From the IMG/VR virus record IMGVR_UViG_3300017728_002360: a stretch of DNA of 64,000 nt, one strand, 5' to 3'. The first letter of the stretch is position 1. Every line of letters starts with the position of its first letter. Of this stretch, positions 49,701 to 58,400 are shown in pieces. The notes below the pieces were generated by a model. The model did no database searches. It was not told where the DNA came from and was given only the letters and a program-made list of their open reading frames with translations. The DNA is from a virus. The translations under genes and the position numbers were made by a program.

Positions 49701-52700
49701 TATCCTGCTGTTTGAATGTAATCAACATCTTTATATTTTGTAGGGAATGGTTTATGATTATATCCATCTGGTTTTAAATAAGTTTCAAACGGTCTTTGTC
49801 TGTAAATTAAATCAGTTTCTGTTCCTGTGACACTATCTACAAGTGCAACAGGTTGCGGAGATAATCTAAACTTCGCTTCGTCAAGTTTATATTCTACTTC
49901 GTCAAAGGATTGTGCCGCACCTATTTGTCCTAAACGTAAAGCCCATTCTTCATGAAACTCTACACTATCAGCATCTGTGTTTGATAAAGCATCAAACAGT
50001 TTAGTTAAACTATTCTTTGTACTTTTGTCTTGAATAAATCCTTGATAGAATTTATACTGTGAAACATCATCATTAATAATGTTTTCCAAATACTTACGTT
50101 TCTGATAACCAATTAAATGCTGTGCAACTCTTTGTTGTGAAGTATCAAAGTTATCTGTATCTAAATCATAGAAATCTTCAAACTGTTTTGCTTTGTAATC
50201 AAAGTTTGCCATTAGTCCTGGCTCTGGTCGTTTATCTAAACGTTCCCATTGTTTAGCATCAAAGTTTAATTGTCCTGGAATTTTTACTTTTGCAACATAA
50301 TAAAATTCTTTGTGTTTTACTGTATCGCCAACTGCGTAATCTGTCCACTCTGCCCATTCTGTAACCTTGGCATTGTCATATATAAATCCTGGAATGTTAA
50401 AGCCACCAGTCCATTTGTCTGTTCTGTAGCCCATAACTTTTATTCTTGACTGACGGTAGCCTGGTTCTAGATCGTAAATGTAATCTTTAAACACAGTTGT
50501 ATTGTCTAATAATACAACGTGTTCAGTTTGTACTAATGGTAACTTAACACTAAAGATTCCGTCCGGTGTATTTTTAGTAGTGATCTCAATCCTGTTATCA
50601 TTGTCTCTATAAACACTTGCATAAGCAGGAATTAATTTTTTACCATCTGCTTTGAATAAGTTATAACCGTAAAAGTTATCAAAGATATCATCAGCTACGT
50701 GATATTTTTTATAGTAGCAAATCTTGTTTGCACCAGCACTTAAAGTAATAACACTTTTTTCTGCCCAGTTCTGTGTAGTCCAGAACATATATTCTTTTGC
50801 ACTTAAACGCCAATCCTCAACTTCGTTTATATCTGTATTGTAATTCTCAAAAACAAATCCTTGAACTTTTAAATATCTTTCATAACCTAGCAAGAAGTCT
50901 ACTACTTGTTGAATAGTTTGTAATTGTGTTCCGTAAGCAAGTTCTAATGGTTCGTCATTTATTCCTTCATTCCACTGTCTATGGAATACTGCTGTTCTGC
51001 CACCCTCTACAGGAAGTTCTGGCATAGCAACAAATTTTGTTTGATCAAAACTTTCAGCGGCAATGTGTTGGCTTTCTGTCATAAAGTAACGTCCACCAAA
51101 CTCTACAATTAGTCCTGGGCTGTAACTTTGTCCTTCTGTCCAAGTTACAAAGTCTGCACTTACTCCGCCCACTCTCACTACAGGATCGTCTGCTAATGAT
51201 ATTGGTGAGTAATATTTAAAGTAAGGATTATTATAGTTGTAACCTCTAATAACAAATCCGCCTTGGACCTTTTCAATGATTACACCACTGTATGGAACAA
51301 GGTCAATTACACTTGACTTGTTTAAAAATATTTGATAGTTTTCTTCAGGAACAAACACGTTACCTTCGTTGAACGGTGTTCTTGAATCTAGTATAAGTTT
51401 AAATTTACTCTTGTCAGTAAATCCGCCAATCTTTAATCCTAATTGGTTAGTAACATTTTTAAGATCTGTTTGATAATTTTTGTAATACTTAACTGTTCTA
51501 CTATTCATGTAATCATGAACATAGTTTACTAGTCCTGCTGTTTGTACTCTAATAGTATCTGAAGTTGTATTAGGAAAAACAACATCTTCAAGTCTTAATC
51601 TTTTATTTGTTTCACTGTAAATAACTTCTTTAGCAGGGTTACGTTTAATTCTTGATCTATCATAACCTAGTCCTAAGATTTTAGTTGGCTGATTTAACAA
51701 CCAAGCAATCATTAGTGCAAATGGATACTCTGAACTTCTACGCCAAGCTGTTTCTGTAGGTGCTTGATCTCCAAACACAAACGTCTGTTGTGTTCTATTA
51801 CTAATATAATCTTTTGCATAGTTTGAATCCAATGGACTTAACAGTTCGCCGCCATCATCTACAGGAATATGTTTTGTTATATTTGCTCTAGCATACTTGC
51901 TGTTATAAGTTACAGGTTCATTAGGTATTCTATATGCACCCTTCTCTATGTCTTGCCATAGTATTTTATTTTCACTTGTATAAGGTGCCGCACCATAAAC
52001 AGTCTGCCACCAAGTTGGCTCTTCGCTGTATCCTAATATTTCCCAAGGGTGTGTATGAGGACGATCAGTATCATATGCTTCTTTGTATATTGCTCTCCAA
52101 TACCCTGCGTTTTGTTTTCCGCTTGGACTATTGGTGTTGCTGTAATTAAATGTAAAGCTGTTAGTTCTTGACCAAAAGCTGTTATCTGCATAGTCCGGAG
52201 AACCTACTGCATTATTCCATTCAATAAATTCTGGTAACAATGACTTGTCTCTAGCTGATCTTGTAAATGTTGTATCCCTACTTTCACCGCCGATGAATTC
52301 AAATATGTTTATCATAGTAGCATCATATTCTACTTTGATATTATTATAAATTCTTTTTTCTAGTTCTAATAATAAATCATCTCTAAAGTCTTCGTACGCA
52401 ACAAAAATACTTCCGTCGTGTCCTTGAATAACTTTAGTTGGAACTTGATATGTTGTATCAGTAAATATCTCTGGTTTAAACTTTGGATACAAACCTAGTT
52501 TAGTAGGAGTTGCAGGAATGTAACTTCCGTCAGTTGTATTGTATTCGTAAATATCAATAACATCATTAATAACTTTTGTTTTAGTAATAGTTACAAAGCC
52601 ACTAAAGTCTGATTCAAATTTGTAATCAGTGCCTTCTATAAGTTGAACCCCATTTATATAAACGTTTACGGACTTATTAGAAAGTGTTGTAAGATCAAAT

Positions 52701-55456
52701 GCTGTATTCAATGCGTAATATTGTGTGCTTGGATTCTCTACAACGTGTGTTGACCTCTTAGCACTTGTATAGCCAAGCATATCACTGAAGTAGAACGGCA
52801 TATCATTTGACTTATCTTTATTAAGTTTTTCCATCACTAAATCAAAGTGAATCTTATTCTGTCCGTCAAATCCTAGCTTGTCTGCTGTTTGTAAGAACAG
52901 CTTTCTAAACTTGCCGTATTCTCTTTTTGCAAATTGTAACGATTTAATAATGTTAGCATCTTTGCTTGTGATATGATAGTTTGCTAAATTAAATGGTCCA
53001 CTGTGTTGTACAAATCTGTTACCATATGCAGATAAATTTCCTAAATCTCTTAAATTACCTGTACCTGGAAAGTCTCCTACAAAATCATCACGCATCTCGC
53101 AGATGCTTAACACATGATCGTTAACTTCACCTAGTGTAAAAGAATCTATGTTATTGTTAAGTGGATTGTGTTCTAAGTTTGATGCTATTTCATAAACACC
53201 GTTAGCATTTTTCTTTGTAGCACTTTTTGTTTTAATAACAAGTATGTCATCTACTTTAAGATCTGTAACAAATGTTACAAATGCAGTTCTATTAATTCTG
53301 TTGATGGTATAATCTATACCATTCATTTTTCTTTTGTTGTTTACGTATACTCTTACAAACAAGTCGTTTAGATCGCCACTGTTATCGTAAACATCAATTC
53401 CAAAGTCATTGTATTGTGTATCTACAATATATTGACGTTCTACTAACTGTTTGCTATCTTCATAGCCTTTAGTCCAACCTGATGTATATGTAAATGTAGT
53501 TCTATCTGAATATCTTCTTAAAAGACCTACATCTGTGTTAGCTGTTACGTTTGCATTGTCTTCGTCTTGGTATGTAAATGAATCTTGTAATAAGTTAAAG
53601 TCAAATACAATATCACCTGTGTTTTCTAATGCTCTATAAGTTAAAGGGAATCCTAATACAACATCATTAGTTCCTGTTCCTTTTTTATATGAAAATACTT
53701 TAGTTCCACTAAACGTTGAATTGTTATAAATTGTTGCACTATTGAAACTGTTACCGCTTTGATCAAATAAGTCAAACGTAGGAGATTGGTTAATTGCAGT
53801 TTTATCCTGTCCAGCTAACCACTTGGTACCATTGAAGTACCACATCTTACCTTTATAGTCTGTACCATCATTAATCAATACTGTTTCATTCTCTAATGGA
53901 TCAGTATCTGTTTCTTCAATTAAACTAATTTGTCTAATAAAGTTATGTGTGATAAATTTTACTTTAAAAATTTTACCTGCAACTCTTGTATCAGGATCAG
54001 CAGTAAACAGAAGTCTCATTCCGTCCGCTACGTCTACTCCGTCAATGTTGTAACCTAATGCTCCTTCAATAGTTGAAAATACATCAGTTGTAAAAGTATC
54101 TAATAAGTCAACATTATCTTTTGCAGATGTACCAAAGTTCCAAAGTTTAAGATCGCTATCAAATTCAATAATAGGTCTTGCCGCTCTACCTGTTTGGTTA
54201 ACATCACTAGGTTGCTTGTTAATTAATGCTATAGTTTCTAAAACATCTTTGTGAAACCATCTGTTATATCTTGACCATTGTGATTTACTTGGACTTGCTC
54301 TGTTTTGTATAATGTAATCTTTGTCTTTTGCCCAAGCATTGGCATTACTGAAAGGTGCTCTATCAAAACTTTCGCTATCAAAAGGAATAGATTTGTTTGT
54401 GCTTACAGTACCTGGTACTTCTATTTCTTGTTCGTTGATTAATCTAATCTCATCACCAACGCCTTCAACATACCAATTACCTTCTGCATACTTGGCAGGT
54501 GTTACTGTACCTTGGAAGTCTAGCTTCATACCATTTGACAACTCGTAACCGTTTGTCATTTTGTAAGTTTTCTTACCAACAATCTCTTTTTCTACATCAA
54601 TTTCAGTATTTTCTAAAATATCATAAACTTGTATTAATCCACTTGCATTAATATCATTGCCATTTACATAATATAATGTGTCTGGTGCAAGTAAGTCTAC
54701 TTCAAACTCAATGATACCAACGTCTGTGCTGTGTGTACTATCGCTAATACCTACACTATAATTGTATTGTGAATCTAATGTTCTAGCTGTCTTGATTGAC
54801 AACGGCATACCAGGAGTATTAATATCAAACTTATATGTTTGTCCTCTGTATAATTTAAGTGTTGGATTAGATGTATTTCCGTCCGTGGAAAATATGTATG
54901 CTTTGTTATCCAAGTTGTCTTGGCTTGTAACCGTGTATGTGCTTACTAGTCCTCTTACTTGTCCAACAACAGGAATAGACAATGGTCCGTTCTCTAACCA
55001 ATAGTAATCTCTAAAGTTTGTAAACTTATCCCAATCAATGTTAGGATTCCAAGCATAATATTCTTGGCTAAACAATTTACTGTCGTTGTCTACAGTACCG
55101 TTAAATGCTTTGATTTGATTTTTTAAATCGTTATAGTCTTTGTAAAAAGTAACGTTGTTTAATTCGTCCTTGATTACTGTTGCAGGCTCTAACTGATAAT
55201 TTTCTCTTTGAGTACTTACATCACCAACATAGTTGTCAGCCGCCTTACGTGCTTTAGAAATTCTTCTACCATAGTAAGCACTAATCTTTTCAGCAACACC
55301 TGGTTGTGTAAGTTGATCTAGTGTACCTTGTAAAAACTTTTTGTTGTGTGAAGTACGAAAGTATCTTGGCAGATGTTCTGCACTAGTTCTAGTACGTTTG
55401 TCTTCTTGTCCTGGAACTGGTAACGGATATTCGTTTTGGTTATCATCATATGACAT
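40736..55456 (-). CDS. giant (4906 aa) multidomain virion/baseplate protein
   Basis: Uninterrupted 14.7-kb ORF directly after the gp6-like gene. It carries FG-GAP-like propeller blades, four CBM5/12-like 'W/Y..Y..(G/D)D.V.Y..Y.A' repeats, two 'NGGxGY..P..GSGA..NxGSGY' repeats and several 'F.GDG(S/T)' beta-sandwich repeats. Confidence 0.75.
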   Translation of the reverse strand: MSYDDNQNEYPLPVPGQEDKRTRTSAEHLPRYFRTSHNKKFLQGTLDQLTQPGVAEKISAYYGRRISKARKAADNYVGDVSTQRENYQLEPATVIKDELNNVTFYKDYNDLKNQIKAFNGTVDNDSKLFSQEYYAWNPNIDWDKFTNFRDYYWLENGPLSIPVVGQVRGLVSTYTVTSQDNLDNKAYIFSTDGNTSNPTLKLYRGQTYKFDINTPGMPLSIKTARTLDSQYNYSVGISDSTHSTDVGIIEFEVDLLAPDTLYYVNGNDINASGLIQVYDILENTEIDVEKEIVGKKTYKMTNGYELSNGMKLDFQGTVTPAKYAEGNWYVEGVGDEIRLINEQEIEVPGTVSTNKSIPFDSESFDRAPFSNANAWAKDKDYIIQNRASPSKSQWSRYNRWFHKDVLETIALINKQPSDVNQTGRAARPIIEFDSDLKLWNFGTSAKDNVDLLDTFTTDVFSTIEGALGYNIDGVDVADGMRLLFTADPDTRVAGKIFKVKFITHNFIRQISLIEETDTDPLENETVLINDGTDYKGKMWYFNGTKWLAGQDKTAINQSPTFDLFDQSGNSFNSATIYNNSTFSGTKVFSYKKGTGTNDVVLGFPLTYRALENTGDIVFDFNLLQDSFTYQDEDNANVTANTDVGLLRRYSDRTTFTYTSGWTKGYEDSKQLVERQYIVDTQYNDFGIDVYDNSGDLNDLFVRVYVNNKRKMNGIDYTINRINRTAFVTFVTDLKVDDILVIKTKSATKKNANGVYEIASNLEHNPLNNNIDSFTLGEVNDHVLSICEMRDDFVGDFPGTGNLRDLGNLSAYGNRFVQHSGPFNLANYHITSKDANIIKSLQFAKREYGKFRKLFLQTADKLGFDGQNKIHFDLVMEKLNKDKSNDMPFYFSDMLGYTSAKRSTHVVENPSTQYYALNTAFDLTTLSNKSVNVYINGVQLIEGTDYKFESDFSGFVTITKTKVINDVIDIYEYNTTDGSYIPATPTKLGLYPKFKPEIFTDTTYQVPTKVIQGHDGSIFVAYEDFRDDLLLELEKRIYNNIKVEYDATMINIFEFIGGESRDTTFTRSARDKSLLPEFIEWNNAVGSPDYADNSFWSRTNSFTFNYSNTNSPSGKQNAGYWRAIYKEAYDTDRPHTHPWEILGYSEEPTWWQTVYGAAPYTSENKILWQDIEKGAYRIPNEPVTYNSKYARANITKHIPVDDGGELLSPLDSNYAKDYISNRTQQTFVFGDQAPTETAWRRSSEYPFALMIAWLLNQPTKILGLGYDRSRIKRNPAKEVIYSETNKRLRLEDVVFPNTTSDTIRVQTAGLVNYVHDYMNSRTVKYYKNYQTDLKNVTNQLGLKIGGFTDKSKFKLILDSRTPFNEGNVFVPEENYQIFLNKSSVIDLVPYSGVIIEKVQGGFVIRGYNYNNPYFKYYSPISLADDPVVRVGGVSADFVTWTEGQSYSPGLIVEFGGRYFMTESQHIAAESFDQTKFVAMPELPVEGGRTAVFHRQWNEGINDEPLELAYGTQLQTIQQVVDFLLGYERYLKVQGFVFENYNTDINEVEDWRLSAKEYMFWTTQNWAEKSVITLSAGANKICYYKKYHVADDIFDNFYGYNLFKADGKKLIPAYASVYRDNDNRIEITTKNTPDGIFSVKLPLVQTEHVVLLDNTTVFKDYIYDLEPGYRQSRIKVMGYRTDKWTGGFNIPGFIYDNAKVTEWAEWTDYAVGDTVKHKEFYYVAKVKIPGQLNFDAKQWERLDKRPEPGLMANFDYKAKQFEDFYDLDTDNFDTSQQRVAQHLIGYQKRKYLENIINDDVSQYKFYQGFIQDKSTKNSLTKLFDALSNTDADSVEFHEEWALRLGQIGAAQSFDEVEYKLDEAKFRLSPQPVALVDSVTGTETDLIYRQRPFETYLKPDGYNHKPFPTKYKDVDYIQTAGYVNPSDVKTQVANYDAILNIAITTLNVGDYIWTGTNKTNDWDVFKYLRTEDKVIKLTKNSTTDEVEVKLNNQARYVKDDIIGLVDVTDNERFYKVLRSELDTVFCTENGKTTDVDPATGFVTNFTSVRVADLEAANTKLINSEIKVGETIWVDDDSSSKWVVIKNNPVHSQHQVISNVETSDITTNFGKVIACDERNSTLVVGASESNKVYIYNRTNDGGQYIHAQTLDAPTGIYTGDGKFGTGLALSRDSKWLVVGAPQASNVKTKFAGSFTGAQSYVKNDIVNYQENFWEAQFPIAQAQGTLTFNSFYDTATVAEASWNGSNYPEVVYAVRGNYHFNVPTDHMLIRAPLSQYEATAAGDTIVLNWDQYSQNYPAGILPFGSNGPGVAQFEGSKTIASKVDAILYFDNMLRTPNVGDTISTTTAIGTVDYIHVENVNQATIYIKDMNGEFTDSGSATLGTQNMGTYVALNPLNSGATFGGWWKVTGLTSFTSSVKSVTTPQFVVQDIITQSESKSPEVYYNTMDDVYALNQVSDPTKGGKLGHLSFYNKQGMPDLSPYWFFRANKAWTDTLNTGDTFKMYVNKVRNSLNTVFDPATLGINTNYINQALGHEVYDLWDGYVDVTFTNFDNQGNAFIPQIGQTIIDQNTNATGEVVYVQEQLLDCRVYVKNRSGTFSFGNLHSATSTIAIKDGVSAGIDRLSGRLDNMDMSSSLTGKLVVVRFTDSTQLPVTTPTFRNEVEIQVYNDRTVNGVARTPNYPNPLNKDWKQVSALKTDSTGSASSFTNEGVYFVYEKMGTGLYSYQHGYTNPQRASNRNLGTQIELCKSNTITDFYRLYVSAPGNLDVSNSGRIHFVNHGTDADGTVYEWGRSKNLFFRGEYDVAQTYYTDDIVLYQGSFYQAKTNLTPGAFVLTYWTLLANNIDYIGYVPNDTGLSVSDDSTFDKGNLIQYAHPFSISKYGDVLATVADFNNSDPKIIIYRINNGHYEFSQMLPAPTVGIKYGSAISLNDTGDMLAVGAPEDDTRSDNNGKVFVYTSVGGVFSQTQTLYSPENDVAERFGAAIDFEGNDLIVSSKGGDLVTSTTFDVLSTTFDNNLTQFESVNTDSGQVFMYQKVQNKLLYAEKFNYKNASVERFGEYLLFNENHVYVPMPELSVRDMEDSSTWNNYIGTLLDYKRDREALPWQTLHTPTDQVDLTKFKGVFIYTMGPNPIAQKIDYIDPIQGKIAGAAEEELTFKTHYDPAVYTNGTNTPNTVIDPENYWNNANVGRLWWDISTAKFVNPYQGNIIYNTANWNKLFTGASIDVYEWVESTLTPTQWNETADTEEGLVKGISGTAKDVNTFVQVQVYNEISKGFSNKYYYWVKNTKVIPDLEWRKTSAYDVAQLITDPMAMGQKFVALYSNNKFGLYNCESLVSGPDNAINFRYWTIDNKEINIHNQYQLMSEGLGTSKPNADIERKWYDSLIGVDTNERPVPDTILSEKQKYGILDRPRQGMFKNRVEALKQVVERANTTLKANLIVDELNLSAFLSKDPTPTLLSKQFDKSVTTNAELQFVGVSNVIPAVLTPVFVNGKLERVDIANGGKGYVTVPTYEFGLVGNGSGAEITITMNTAGTITNVAVKNAGSGYPSTTTLSVRKYSVLVAVDETVSNKWAIYAYNNTTKLWERTSSSSYDTTKWWSYTDWYDIGYSEFTDINFLVDYSYELESLTDTVGDIVKISTIGSGGWLLLEKISDIGTDYTTKYKTVGRQNGTIALSRALYDPASSNIGYDGLSYDTSFYDDQPTLELRKILTALRDDIFINDLAVHYNELFFASLRYAFSEQPMVDWAFKTSFLKAKHNAGDLTQKITFQNDSLPSYEDFVEEAKPYKTKIREYISSYTKTDPTATGVTDFDIPPAYSIDDGKIVPSSLKVKDDLIYGQDANIVDYPNKYWAENVGFEVLTVNIKNGGTGYLDVPVIKFTGGGGSGATATATLGTGGAIKYITVTNPGSGYLSAPTVSINGTQSTGSVAAVVSAQLGNSKVRALHHVSKFDRVTGTFLITTLSQTENFTGTGSKTTFNLTWPMDLRKTQIEVTVDGVESLQSEYTYSNVEYSDKSYVRTKGQIMFAEPPANNAVIVVKYSKEITMLQAQDRINLFYTPSTGMLGNDVSQLMDGIDYGGIEVKSFTFGAGTGWASDPYYTTTWDTYDNTYEDEVFVLDGSTNVFALAKPLANGVVYNVYKNGIRVDDPQYDGSTVPTNVNAVMQSITGTGQTTVQLDEEKIPTVANDVIVIRKASSDGSFIPDPDGYDTLVQGGDLAYATAKGISAEEIVIDGDGFVTPLTSKGPEELVPGQVLDTLDIKVYERTGDGSSVLHSYNYLGDGTNKDFDINYVPLSQKDVWVKVHGTILSHSEFTVDYQNKKLKLTTAPGDKQQVHIITMSNNGEKILDVDQFIGDGSTAQFVTSIPFKSTLSFFLTVDGVTTNVDMAETDGTYAQKGMCVFKLGTAPLNSTVIQYAIFDSASKSFSQIATDTFTGDGTNKEFALAQTPLNQKPLEHNVIVKVGNKVLNAGYNQQFKVTTGVREYQLRDYQITQAGVGANQVRVFLNGTELTLSTAWNWNTFNASVELFSDIGVDGDVLDVYVIDGGEYAFGFLDGNGLWVETPGKVYLDTAPANNESVTVYQLTNHDVRQIERENLDIVTRNPITVGTDNYTEYHQLTNGIIKLRKAAIDAEYVWLVVNGALLTPSVDYYLQDDKQTIRVVVDLNANDVIELIHFSNSTIVGKFGFRQFKDMLNRTHFKRLGDDVEYTLAQNLNWYDTKIFVTNADGLPQPNRDKGIPGIIFIGGERIEYYLKEEGAIRQLRRGTLGTGIKTLHTAGAQVLDQSVYQTVPYKDEMRTQTFTADGSTRAVTVDFIPNNVNEFEIFVGGRRLRKNAISSFNPSNDLDSPEGDITLPAEFSVDGVNPVVTLTDTPAINTKIMVVRRIGKKWTDNGTPLRLQENNIGRFLRNKEVALPK

Positions 55457-58400
55457 TAATATCCACTCCCAGACGATCCGCTACTGCTTGAACTAGAACT
55501 GCTTGAACTTGAACTGCTTGAACTAGAACTGCTTGAACTTGTTGTATTTCCTGAAGTATAACTTGATCCGCTTGTAACACCGCTTGTTGTAGCTGTTGTT
55601 CCTGTAATAACTGTACCTGATGCTTTTAACTTACTTGCCGTAATTGCATCGATAATTGTTACGTCATCAACTGTTGCTCCACTTATGAAAACTTCATCTG
55701 ATTCAGACTTAATTTCATAAAGACTTCCAAATCCTTGTGAGTCTTGCTTAGGAACAATTACAATGTTAACTAGATCAGGTGCAACTTGATTCATTACATA
55801 AGTAGCCATCTCTGAGAAATGAAAACTGTCACCGAAGTCCCAGTTTTCTAAAGCAAAGTATTCATTTATTGCAGAAATCACTCTTGCTTTAATATCGTTA
55901 TCATTAACAACTTGATCTGGGTTCTTTACAATTTTAATATTAGCTTGAACCTGAGCGTCAGCTTTTGCTCCAAATAAAACTTTATATTTTACTGGATGGT
56001 AAATTACGTCATCACTGATAGATTTAATTTTATTAATTTCTCCACCATAGTTGTTAAACAGATTATCGCTACTTGGCGGTAATGGTTTAGCTGTAAGTGT
56101 GCCATCTAAGTATTGTCTAAAGTTTGTATCATAAGTTCTAGTTAACAAATAAGTGTCAATGATGTTACTTGAACTTGGATCGATTCTACTGTCATCGTCT
56201 GCAGAGTGAATATAATGGAATTTAATTCCATCTCTACCTACGTATGCTTTGTAGTCTGTTGTTAATGCTAGTGTGCCTGCTGTTGAACTGTAAATTTTAA
56301 ACACACCTTCAGTAACTAGATAAAACACTTGCCCGTCTGTGTAAGAGCTTAATGCACCTACTACACTTTCGCTTTGTTTTATTTGTACTGCATTAGAACT
56401 ATTGTCCATATATTTGTAATCTTCAATACCATCTGACGTTGTATATTTCTTTTGGAAGATATATTTTGTCAATGGATTTGTAGCTTCATCAACAACTGTT
56501 ACAAAAGTTTCTGGATCATCAACTACACCGTCACTGTCTGAATCAAAGAAAGAAATTTCTACCTTCTTACTATCAATATATCCGTCACCGTCTCTGTATT
56601 CCTTAGATACTTCCCAAGGATAATCAACAGTAAACGCACTTGTACTGTCTGGTCGTGTGTTAATGCTTAATATGTTAATCTTGTCTTTAATAATTTGTCC
56701 TGTTCTATTATCAAATATCTTGCTTGTACTATCATAATAGAATCTAATCTCTTCATTACTTTCAAAAATGTATCTTTGTCCTCTAGAAGTAATTGTGTAC
56801 TTTTCACCATCTGTTTCAAATAGCAATAACCAAGAACTGTCTAACTGTTGATCAGTAACATCTCCTGTTTTACCTGTACTAAAGTCACTTGTAATATCTA
56901 AATTGTTTTGCGTAATCATACGCCATTGTCTTAGGTTTACATCATAACGTAATCCAAATGTTTTGAATGCAAATACTTGGTCAACTATCTGTGACTGTAC
57001 ATCTGATAATAATGTTTTACCAAACTTAGGTCTTAGTTCTGAAAGAATAGCACCTGTAGGAATAATATCATTTAGTATGATAGGTCCTGTACCGTCATCA
57101 TTGTCAGTTCTACCATCTCCAGTAACACTTACAACTTTTACCCATTTGTAAGTTATTGCATTAGGATGATCTGCATTGCCTTGCATAAGTGCATGGCTGT
57201 TGTTTGACATAAAGTGAAAACCTGTTGGAGCAACAAACTTTAATAGTGTTCCTGCTTCAATAAATTTTAACGCACTACTTGTAAACGTTCCTACTTGTAA
57301 CGTAGAATCTGTTACATCAACAAATGATCCTGTTGCTTGATTTGTTATAGCTGTTTTCTGTGACCATTTAGCACCTAAGTCAGCAACTAGTGTCTTAGGA
57401 AAGTTAGTCAAATAATAATTTAACATTTGCTTTTGACTTAGAATAGGTGTTATGGTATTTGCAATAACTCCTTGTACGTCTGTTTTAGTACTAAAAGTAA
57501 ATGTTTTCTTTTCTGTAAACTTATCTTTGTATATGATTCCGTCAGCACCATATAAATTAGTTGAACTATATTTTCCTGTGCTATCTAACAAATCGTAGTA
57601 TCTTGAAATACCTGAACTTGTTCTATTAACACTTTTAGTTTTAATAATTTCTTGGCTGATTCCTAATGGACTAACTTGATAGTCCTCACCAGTAACCATT
57701 CTATTCTGTGTATAATAAGTGCTTGGTGCATTTTCTCTAATACTTGCATTGGTTTCAGAAACCGTAGCATTGTCTACAGTATATTTTAGTTCCAAACTTA
57801 ATGTTATATTTTCTGGATTACCTGTTTTAGAAGTGTAAGGAATTGTAACACTAATTGCAACTAAATCTGAAGGTACAATATTATACTGATCATTAATACT
57901 TGTTCTGTAATAAACCCTAAACTGTCCTTTTGGTAAGTTACCAAACGTACCATCACTAAAAATTAAATCTACTTTATCCTGTGTCTTACTTAAAGTTCCA
58001 TAAATGTTTCTTATGCTTTTACGTAAACTGTTGTAAACAATATTGTTACCTTCAATTGAATCAACTTTAGTCCATGATTCCGATTCAGCACCAATTGAAT
58101 CTAATTTGTATAACCAGATATCTGTGTTATTGACGTTTGTTGCTTCAAGACTAATAGTTTGATTAGTGCTTGGTGAATCAACATTAAACGTACCTTGGTC
58201 TAATATACCTTGTCTAAAATGTGCAAAGTATCCTGTGTTAGAACTTCCTGGGCCACGTCCATCATCTCTGTATAAAAATGCTAGGTTGTTTCCTGGTAGT
58301 GGTGCTTCTTCTTCAATAACTCCACCAGTAACATTAGTTGATACAACTTGAAACTGCATATTCTTACCGTCAACGTTTTTACTAAAAGTATAAACAGGAA

